Shown here: positions 54,186 through 64,000 of the stretch, piece after piece | How the letters are laid out: each line of letters opens with the position of its first letter | Numbering within the stretch: position 1 is the first letter of the stretch | Assembly (NCBI RefSeq): GCF_044704955.1 | Contig: NW_027254368.1 | Location: 372,001-436,000, forward strand | Direction: 5' to 3' | Length of the DNA stretch: 64,000 bases | Source of the DNA: Pristiophorus japonicus | Lineage: Eukaryota | Program-made: the position numbers and the translations under genes | Notes under the pieces: model-generated | Database searches by the model: none | Told to the model about the DNA's origin: nothing | What the model saw: the letters and a program-made list of their open reading frames with translations, nothing else

Positions 54186-55681
54186 GTCAGTCGGTGGGGA
54201 TTGCTCTGTATCTGACCCGTGCTGGACGTGCCCTGGGAGTATTTGAGGCAGGGTAGAGGGAGCTTTACTCTGTATCTAACCCATGCTGTACGTGCCCTGG
54301 GATATTGTAGACTGTGGTTTACTCTGTATCAACCCTGGTAGTGCTTGGGATAGGATGGAGTGAGATTTATTCTGTATCTAAGCCGTGCGGTACTGGTAGT
54401 CATGAAAGCAGTGGTAGAGAAAATGCTAGAATCGATTATTAAGCACGTGGTAACAGTGCACTTCGGAAGTAATAACAGGATTGGGCAGAATCAACACGGA
54501 TTTATGAAGGGAAAATTGTACTTGACAAATCTGTTAGTGTTTTTTGAGCTTGTTGTTGGTGTTTCGGGCAGTGGGGTATCACCTCTTTGTAATTTTGCAT
54601 TCCTTACTGCGACTTTTGTTCGGCTCACGCTTTCTGGAGTTTACTACTCAGGCTTTCTTGCCCTTGTTCCTTCATTTATCCTCTTTAGTTATTTTCATTA
54701 TTTTGAATTAATTTGATTAAGATTATGATCCTTTAGGTTCTAGTTTCTTTTTTGGTAAATTGAATTCTCTGATGCCCCCTGTTTATTGTGTCTGGACCAC
54801 TGTGCTTTATGTGTCGTTCTGGACACTGATGCAATGCTCTGTATATAGATTTGATCTGGGGTGAGGTTAATATGGGTAATATACATTCTGTTCTAGCTTC
54901 CTCTTTTTAGTTGTTTGGGTATTCTCCTGTCCATTATTTGCTGTATCAGAGTTGCTGTGGCTTTGTGTGTCGTTCTGGACACTGACGCGTTGTTCTAATT
55001 TTATTCTGGATACTGGTGTACCATTATATTTCTAGGGTTAGGGCCTTTGTTGTTTGGCACAGTGGGGTAATGTTCCTTTTGGGACTTTCATGGAAGTGTT
55101 TTATTAACAATTAAATTGATGGTAAATTGAGATTAACCAAGAGATTACATTGATGAAGATTGGATCGTATTTATATAAAGTCCCTCTTTGGGAGGTGTTG
55201 GGTTAGGATTGTCAGTTAAAATTGGTTATTCGTTGGGATGTTAGTTCCTTACTATGTATTCAATTGATATTTGTGGAGTTAGGTAACTTATTAATTGTAA
55301 GTAAGCCAATTGTATTATTTGGATTTATTAATAATATTATTACCGGTGTTTTAAGTTAGGGATATTAATTGGGGAATTATTGTTATTGTTTAAGCTGTTC
55401 AAGGATCCTGTGGAATCAGTCTGTTGGAAACGGAGACTTGTTGCTGCTGTTGGGCAGAATGCTGATTGGTCACAGTGTGGTGCCACATGTTCCTGAGTCT
55501 GTGTCTTCCCATTTTATTCATTTAAACATTTGTGAATTTGTGGATTAAGTTTTGGTTACATGGGTGGGGAGGGCGGGGGGATTTGGTGGGTTTGCTAAAG
55601 TTTTTTGGTTTTGGAGAGCGAGTCCATTGTTTATTTAACGGGGTTGGAGCGAGCGGTGGCTGAGGAAAAGAATGTTTGAAG

Positions 55682-58600
55682 ACCAGGCCCTCAAACCTAC
55701 CACCAAACTCATGGTCTACAGGGCTGTAGTAATACCCATCCTCCTGCATGGCTCAGAGACATGGACCATGTACAGTAGACACCTCAAATCGCTGGAGAAA
55801 TACCACCAATGATGTCTCCCGAAGATCCTACAAATCCCCTGGGAGGACAGACGCACCAACGTTAGCGTCCTCGACCAGGCCAACATTCACAACATTGAAG
55901 CACTGACCACACTCGACCAGCTCCGCTGGGCAGGCCACATTGTCCACATGCCAGACACAAGACTCCCAAAGCAAGCGCTCTACTCGGAGCTCCTTCATGG
56001 CAAACGAGCCAAAGGTGGGCAGAGGAAACGTTACAAGAACACCCTCAAAGCTTCCCTGATAAAGTGCAACATTCCCTCTGACATCTGGTAGTCCCTGGCC
56101 AACGAACGCCCTAAGTGGAGGAAGTGCATCCTGGAGGGTGCCGAGAGCAAGCAGAAATCAAGCGCAGGCAGTGGAACGAGCGTGTGGCAAACCAGTTCCA
56201 CCCACCCTTTCCCTCAACGACTCTCTGTCCCACCTGTGAGAGAGTCTGTGGTTCTCGTACTGGACTGTTCAGTCACCTGAGAAATCACTTTTACATAGAA
56301 ACATAGAAACATAGAAACTAGGTGCAGAAGTAGGCCATTCGGCCCTTCTAGCCTGCACCGCCATTCAATGAGTTCATGGCTGAACATGCAACTTCAGTAC
56401 CCCATTCCTGCTTTCTCACCATACCCCTTGATTCCCCTAGTAGTAAGGACTCCATCTAACTCCTTTTTGAATATATTTAGTGAATTGGCCTCAACAACTT
56501 TCTGTGGTAGAGAATTCCACAGGTTCACCACTCTCTGGGTGAAGAAATTCCTCCTCATCTCGGTCCTAAATGGCTTACCCCTTATCCTTAGACTGTGTCC
56601 CCTGGTTCTGGACTTCCCCAACATTGGGAACATTCTTCCTGCATCTAACCTGTCTAACCCCGTCAGAATTTTAAACGTTTCTATGAGGTCCCCTCTCATT
56701 CTTCTGAACTCCAGTGAATACAAGCCCAGTTGATCCAGTCTTTCTTGATAGGTCAGTCCCGCCATCCCGGGAATCAGTCTGGTGAACCTTCGCTGCACTC
56801 CTTCAATAGCAAGAATGTCCTTCCTCAGGTTAGGAGACCAAAACTGTACATAATACTCCAGGTGTGGCCTCACCAAGGCCCTGTACAACTGTAGCAACAC
56901 CTCCCTGCCCCTGTACTCAAATCCCCTCGCCATGAAGGCCAACATGCCATTTGCTTTCTTAACTGCCTGCTGTACCTGCATGCCAACCTTCAATGACTGA
57001 TGTACCATGACACCCAGGTCTCGTTGCACCTCTCCTTTTCCTAATCTGTCACCATTCAGATAATAGTCTGTCTCTCTGTTTTTACCACCAAAGTGGATAA
57101 CCTCACATTTATCCACATTATACTTCATATGCCATGCATTTGCCCACTCACCTAACCTATCCAAGTCGCTCTGCAGCCTCATAGCATCCTCCTCGCAGCT
57201 CACACTGCCACCCAACTTAGTGTCATCCGCAAATTTGGAGATACTATATTTAATCCCCTCATCTAAATCATTAATATACAGTGTAAACAGCTGGGGCCCC
57301 AGCACAGAACCTTGCGGTACCCCACTAGTCACTGCCTGCCATTCTGAAAAGTACCCATTTACTCCTACTCTTTGCTTCCTGTCTGACAACCAGTTCTCAA
57401 TCCATGTCAGCACACTACCCCCAATCCCATGTGCTTTAACTTTGCACATTAATCTCTCGTGTGGTACCTTGTCGAAAGCCTTCTGAAAGTCCAAATATAC
57501 CACATCAACTGGTTCTCCCTTGTCCACTCTACTGGAAACATCCTCAAAAAATTCCAGAAGATTTGTCAAGCATGATTTCCCTTTCACAAATCCATGCTGA
57601 CTTGGACCTATCATATCACCTCTTTCCAAATGCACTGCTATGACATCCTTAATAATTGATTCCATCATTTTACCCACTACCGCTGTCAGGCTGACCGGTC
57701 TATAATTCCCTGTTATCTCTCTCCCTCCTTTTTTAAAAAGTGGGGTTACATTGGCTACCCTCCACTCCATAGGAACTGATCCAGAGTCAATGGAATGTTA
57801 GAAAATGACTGTCAATGCATCCACTATTTCCAAGGCCACCTCCTTAAGTACTCTGGGAGACAGTCCATCAGGCCCAGGGGATTTATCGGCCTTCAATCCC
57901 ATTAATTTCCCCAACACAATTTCCCGACTAATAAGGATTTCCCTCAGTTCCTCCTCCTTACTAGACCCTCCGACCCCTTTTATATCCGGAAGGTTGTTTG
58001 TGTCCTCCTCAGTGAATACCGAACCAAAGTACTTATTCAATTGGTCCGCCATTTCTTTGTTCCCCGTTATGACTTCCCCTGATTCTGACTGCAGGGGACC
58101 TACGTTTGTCTTTACTAACCTTTTTCTCTTTACATATCTGTAGAAACTTTTGCAATCCGTCTTAATGTTCCCTGCAAGCTTCTTCTTGTACTCCATTTTC
58201 CCTGCCCTAATCAAACGCTTTGTCCTCCTCTGCTGAGTTCTAAATTTCTCCCAGTCCCCGGGTTCGCTGCTATTTCTGGCCAATTTGCATGCCACTTCCT
58301 TGGCTTTAATACTATCCCTGATTTCCCTTGATAGCCACGGTTGAGCCACCTTCCCTTTTTTATTTTTACGCCAGACAGGAATGTACAATTGTTGTAGTTC
58401 ATCCATGCGGTCTCCAAATGTCTGCCATTGCCCATCCACAGTCAATCCCTTCAGTATCATTCGCCAATCTATCCTAGCTAATTCACGCCTCATACCTTCA
58501 AAGTTACCCTTCTTTAAGTTCTGGACCATGGTCTCTGAATTAACTGTTTCATTCTCCATCCTAATGCAGAATTCCACCATATTATGGTCACTCTTCCCCA

Positions 58601-59290
58601 AGGGGTCTCGCACAACGAGATTGCTAATTAATCCTCTCTCATTACACAACACCCAGTCTAAGATGGCCTCCCCCCTAGTTGATTCCTCGACATATTGGTC
58701 TAGAAAACCATCCCTTATGCACTCCAGGAAATCCTCCTCCACCATATTGCTTCCAGTTTGGTTAACCCAATCTATGTGCATATTAAAGTCACCCATTATA
58801 ACTGCTGCACCTTTATTGCACGCACCCCTAATTTCATGTTTGATGCCCTCCCCAACATCACTACTACTGTTTGGAGGTCTGTACATAACTCCCACTAACG
58901 TTTTTTGCCCTTTGGTATTCTGCAGCTCTACCCATATAGATTCCATATCATCCAAGCTAATGTCCTTCCGAACTATTGCCTTAATTTCCTCCTTAACCAG
59001 CAATGCTACCCCACCTCCTTTTCCTTTTATTCTATCTTTCCTGAATGTTGAATACCCCTGGATGTTGAGTTCCCAGCCCTGATCATCCTGGAGCCACGTC
59101 TCCGTAATCCCAATCACATCATATTTGTTAACATCTATTTGCACAGTTAATTCATCCACCTTATTACGGATACTCCTTGCATTAAGACACAAAGCCTTCA
59201 GGCTTGTTTTTTTAACACCCTTTGTCCTTTTAGAATTTTAGAGTGGAACAAGTCTTCCTCGATTCCGAGGGACTGCCGATGATGATGATG
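55682..59290 (+). mobile_element. RTE LINE 3' fragment (55682-56293 plus 59236-59290) split by CR1
   Basis: KLMVYRAVV..ETWT and DTRLPKQALY motifs; the 3'UTR resumes at 59241 and ends in (gat)n. Confidence 0.88.
56294..59235 (-). mobile_element. Young CR1 with near-complete ORF2 and one in-frame stop
   Basis: ORFs 57798-59192 and 56394-57770 are in the same frame; (catagaaa)n tail; flanked by a TTTTA duplication. Confidence 0.95.
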
Positions 59291-59377
59291 ACCTCCGTTT
59301 GTTTTGCTGGGAGCTCCGATTTAATATTTTTGAAAAAAAATTATTTTTGTTTTTGTTCAATTGTATCTTGCTGCGAG

Positions 59378-60415
59378 GTCTCAGTTAGGTTGTGTGTGTG
59401 GGGGAGGGTCACGGTTAGGTTGTGTGTTGGGGTGGGGGTCTCGGGTAGGTTGTATGTGGGTTTCTCAGTTAGGTTGTGTGTGGGGAGGGGTCTCGGTTAC
59501 GTTGTGTGTTGGGGTGGGGGTCTCGGTTAGCTTGTGTAGGGGGGTCTCGGTTAGATTGTATGGGGGGTCTCGGTTAGGTTGTGTGTGGGGAGGGGTCTCG
59601 GTTACGTTGTGTGTTGGGGTGGGGGTCTCGGTTAGCTTGTGTGGGGGGTCTCGGTTAGGTTGTGTGGGGGGTCTCGGTTAGGTTGTGTGGGGGGGTCTCG
59701 GTTAGGTTATGTGTGTGGGGGTCACGGTTAGGTCTTGTGTGGGGGGGTCACGGTTAGGTTTTGTGGGGAGGGTCACGGTTAGGTTGTGTGTGGGGGGGGG
59801 TCTCGGTTAGGTTGTGTGTGGGAAGGTCTCGGTTAGGTTGTGTGTGGGGGGGGGAGTCTCGGTTAGGTTGTGTGTGGGGGGGGGAGTCTCGGTTAGGTTG
59901 TGTGTGGGGGGTGGTCTCGGTTCGGTTGTGTGTGGGCGGTGGTCTCAGTTAGCTTGTGTGTAGGGGGGGTCTCGGTTAAATTGTGTGTGGGGGAGTCTCG
60001 GTTAAATTGTGTGTGGGGGGGTCTCGGTTAGGTTGTGTGTGGGGGGGTCTCGGTTAGGTTGTGTGCGGAGGGTGTCTCGGTTAGGTTGTGTGTGGGGGGG
60101 AGGGGTCACGGTTCGGTTTTGTGTGGGGGGCGAGGGGTCACGATTAGGTTGTGTGTGGGGGGTCTCGGTTAGGTTGTGTGTGGGGAGGGTCATGGTTAGT
60201 TTGTGTGGGGGAGTTCTCGGTTAGGTTGTGTGTGGGGAGGGTCATGGTTAGTTTGTGTGGGGTGGGTCTCGGTTAGGCTGTGTGTGGGGAGGGTCATGGT
60301 TAGTTTGTGTGGGGGGGGTCTCGGTTAGGTTGTGTGTGGGGAGGGTCATGGTTAGTTTGTGTGGGGGGGGTCTCGGTTAGGTTGTGTGTGGGGGTTCTCG
60401 GTTAGATTGTGTGGC
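59378..60415. repeat. G/T-rich ~25-bp minisatellite
   Basis: About 40 variable copies of ggtctcggttaggttgtgtgtggggg. Confidence 0.92.
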
Positions 60416-60936
60416 GTTGTGGACTCTTTAATTTTTGTGGCTTTTAGGGATCGAGTAGTCAGGTCAATTCGTTTTTAGTTATTTTTGGGCCTAGAGATGA
60501 TTAAAAGCCTCGGGCTGGTTTTAACATGCGGCCGAGGAGGCGGGTTGGAGCGGAGGTCTTCTTGTTCCCGGGGAAGGGATTGGTCTCCGGATTTTGAAGG
60601 TGGTTGATTTTAAGTCGCTATTATCTTCTTTCAGGAAGATTGATTTATGTACTTTGATGTGCTGATTTTTATTTTTAAGATTTTACATGTTATTCGTTGT
60701 TTTTTGTTATTTTTTGATTTATTTTAACAATGTCTGTTTTTGAGTGAGGATTGTTTTAATGAGTAATTCAGTTGTAGGATGGGGAAGGGGGGTTATGTCC
60801 TTTTATGGTCTTAGCGGGTTGATCAGGGTCCTTGCCACGTTGGAGGATCATGTGGGGGGAGTGGGGGGAGGGAGAATTTAGGAAGCACTTTTTCCTTTGA
60901 TTGTTTTTAAATTTACTTTCATAAATCTTGTGTGTG

Positions 60937-61655
60937 TCATCATCAAGGCAGTCCCTGGGAATCGAGGGAGACTTGCTTCCACTCTAAAAGTGAATTCTCA
61001 GCTGACTGAATAGTCGAGGATCCGCAAAATCCTACAAATCCCCTGGGAGGACAAATGCACCAACATTAGCGTCCTTGACCAGGCCAACATCAAAGCACTC
61101 ACCACATTTGATCAGTTCCACTGGGCAGGCCACATTATTTGTATGCCCGACATGAGACTCCCAAAGCAAGCGCTCTACTCGGAACTCCTTCACGGCAAAC
61201 AAGCCAAAGTTGGGCAGAGGAAACGTTGCAAGGACATCCTGATAAAGTGCAACATCCCCACCGACACCTGGGAGTCCCTGGCCAAAGACTGCCCTAAGTG
61301 GAGGAAGTGCATCCGGGAGGGCACTGAGCACCTCGAGTCTTGTCGCCGAGAGCAAGCAGAAATCAAGCGCAGGCAGCGGAAAGAGCGTGCGGCAAATTTG
61401 TCCCACCCACCCTTTCTCTCAACAACTATCTCTCCCACCTGTGACAGGTACTGTGGTTCTCGTATTGGACTGTTCAGCCACCTAAGGACTCATTTTAAGA
61501 GTGGAAGCAAGTCTTCCTCAATTCCGAAGGACTGCCTATGATGAACATTCCAATACGAGAATTAGTCTCTGTCACAGGTGGGACTGGTTTGCCGCACGCT
61601 CCTTCTGCTGCCTGCGCTTGATTTCTGCATGCTCTTGGCAATGAGACTCGAGGTG
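60937..61655. mobile_element. RTE (+, ~61016-61543) nested in an RTE (-)
   Basis: A minus-strand RTE 3' end at 60937-61015 resumes at ~61540-61655; the inner copy has MRLPKQALY. Confidence 0.8.
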
Positions 61656-63754
61656 ACACTCGAGATGTGTGTTCACGTAGCGGTTCGATGGCAATAGTAT
61701 TGGGTAGGGTGGGGGAGGGGGAGCAGAGAAATCACAGTCCCGCAGCAAACACTTATCCTACTAGTTCTAAATAGCAGTACAATTCGAGCTGGTACGGAGA
61801 ACATTTTTTGTTAAGAACGGAGGGAAATGAGACATAGGCTTTTTTAAAAGAAAAAGACCAGCACGGTGGGTTGAAAGTGTGGAGAAAGTGAGGAAGAAGT
61901 CTTCTAAGGGTGGGGGGGAGAAAAGTAAGGTGGGGGGTTTTCGGGGGCGGGGGGTGGGATTTATATTCACTTCACGATCCATCGTCTAGGTTGCTGATTG
62001 TAGTCTATAGGCCTAATTTCTGGGGCTTCATCAGAGACCAGGAAAAGCAAGTGGGTCGGTCGGGGGGGTTCAAGGGTCAGAGGGTATCAGATTGATAACC
62101 TTACAGTGAGAGGTTATGGAGGGTTTAGAGCTCCCTAACTTCCACCAGGTCAGTCGGAATGAGAAGGACTGGGATGAGGTGTTAATTGTGAGCTTTGTTT
62201 GGTGTTATGGTTCTTGTTTATACTCCTGGTGTGTTGTCTCTGTGTGCTCAGTGGTCCTCTCTGTTTGTTAGGTATAGATTTAAAGGTTGCAAGTTTTAGC
62301 TTTAGGTTTATGAGAGTTAGGGTCTGGAGTTCAGATTAGTTATTTTTGTTGTTTTAAATTATTTTAATTAAGAGTATGATTCTTTCTGTTCTGGTTTTTG
62401 TTGTGTTTGTGTTTGTGTGATGACTCACCTGGTTGAATGTCCTGTTTCGGGTTTGTTTTTTTTTGTGGGGGTCTAATGTTTTGATTTACTGACAGTTTGT
62501 TTCTTTTAAGTCTTTTACCCCATTTTCCCCTTACGTCCTGTAAATTTTTGATTTTAATAAATTATTTTTTTTAATTAAAATTTTTTGGTTTTTTGTTTTG
62601 TGCTTTTTTTGGTTATGTTACAGTTTGTGGGTTAGTTCTGTGATGTTTTTGTTATTATCATCTTCGTTGAATCCAGTGTTTTGTTTTATTTTCAGTTTGG
62701 TTCCCTACGTCATCTGTTGTCCCCGATTGTTGTACACCCTTCTGTTTCCTGGTCTGCTCGGGGGGAGGGCAGTTTAGGCCTCTGTTTTACACACATTTCT
62801 GTTTAGTTCCTGTTTCCTTGAGCAATAGGGAAGGGCCGGGGGTTGATGTAGGGGCATTTAGAGTTGGGTCTTGGGGTTAGGGTCTGCATTAATATGTTTT
62901 AGGTTAGGGTTCAGTCTTAGGGGGGGTGGTCTAGGGTCTGCGGTTAGGATTGGGTTTGCGAGCTGTGGTGTGGGCTGTTCAGGTTTCAGTTTCCGGGGTT
63001 TAGGATCCAGAGTTAGGGTTGGGGTTTTGTGGTTGGGGTCTGGACTGTTATGTTTTATGTTGGCGTTAGATTTTAGGGGGGTTAGGGTCCTGGGTTAGGG
63101 TTTAGTTTTGGGGCTGGGGGCTGTGTTTACAAGTTTTCGGTTTAGGTTTATGAGGGTTAGGGTTTGGAGTTCGGGTTAGGTTTTGGGGCTGGGGTATAGA
63201 TTTAAAGGTTGCAAGTTTTAGGTTTAGGTTTATGAGAGTTAGGGTCTGGAGTTCAGATTAGTTATTTTTGTTGTTTTAAATTATTTTAATTAAGAGTATG
63301 ATTCTTTCTGTTCTGGTTTCTTCTTTTTGGTAAATTGGATTCTCTGTTAAGGTTTGGGACTAGTTTTAGCATTTATTGTTAAGGTCTGGGAACTAGGATT
63401 GGGTTTAGGGGTTATGGCTAAGGCCTGGGAGTTAGGCTATTCTGTCATCTGTGCTTGGGTATATGGGGCACATGATCAAAATCTCCAGGGAATGCCAAAA
63501 AGGGCCCATGGCCAACTGTGAAGAGGACTTTAAGTGCCTTCATTGTCAATACACAGGTTAGTAATTGGGGTAGGTAGATGTGAAATGAAATTTAATGCAG
63601 AGAAATGTGCTGCGATAGATTTTGGGAGGAAGAAAATGGGAGGAAATGTACATTAAATGGTAAAACTTTCAATGGAGTAGAGAAGCAGCGAGATTTAGGG
63701 TTGTAAGATTCTAGCTAATTCCTTGTCTTATTAAGGATCGAGAGTCTAGTGTTA

Positions 63755-63940
63755 GAACACAAGAACATAAGAAATAGGAGCAGGAGTAGGCCATCTGGCT
63801 CCTCGAGTCCGCTCTGCCATTCAATAAGATCATGGCTGATCTGATCCTGGCCTCAACTCCACTTCCCTGCCCGCTCCCCATAACCCTTCACTCCCTTATC
63901 TTTCAAAACTCTGTATCTCCACCTTAAATATATTCAAGCA
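63755..63940 (-). mobile_element. CR1 3' tail
   Basis: aagaacataagaaataggagcaggagtaggcc, the reverse complement of the CR1 3'UTR. Confidence 0.8.
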
Positions 63941-64000
63941 TTATTAGCAACTTTAATATCTTAAGAACTATAATTTGAGCAGATCCTCTGTGCTCTACCA

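Noticed and set aside
54550-55680. NUMT or endogenous viral fragment
   Set aside because: Strand skew is suggestive, but partial manual translation gave no recognisable mitochondrial or viral motif.

Overview
Repeat-dense vertebrate genomic DNA. The CR1/L2/RTE LINE repertoire, 67-bp satellite and KRAB-less C2H2 ZNF paralogues suggest a cartilaginous fish (inference). Much of the window is nested CR1-group LINE fragments, including two very young 5'-truncated copies, plus RTE and L2 remnants and many minisatellites. Embedded are one intact and several dead C2H2 zinc-finger genes with CpG-island promoters, and a decaying same-strand cluster of replication-dependent histone genes at 30.8-44.2 kb. 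The cluster order is H2B fragment, divergent H4, H2B pseudogene, intact H2A, H4 fragment, H2B, H2A pseudogene; no H3 or H1 was seen. The standout is a ~590-bp poly(A)-tailed insertion flanked by a 7-bp target-site duplication, lying immediately before the ATG of the H2B at 42397. It is a mosaic of U2 and U1 snRNA pieces with retained stem-loops and carries a second diverged partial copy of itself, making it a candidate snRNA-derived SINE family. Other notable features are an LTR with a tRNA-Leu-type PBS fused into an H2B coding region, and an unexplained G/T-skewed, TTAGGG-studded region at the right end. All comparisons were made by eye against remembered reference sequences; no database search was run.
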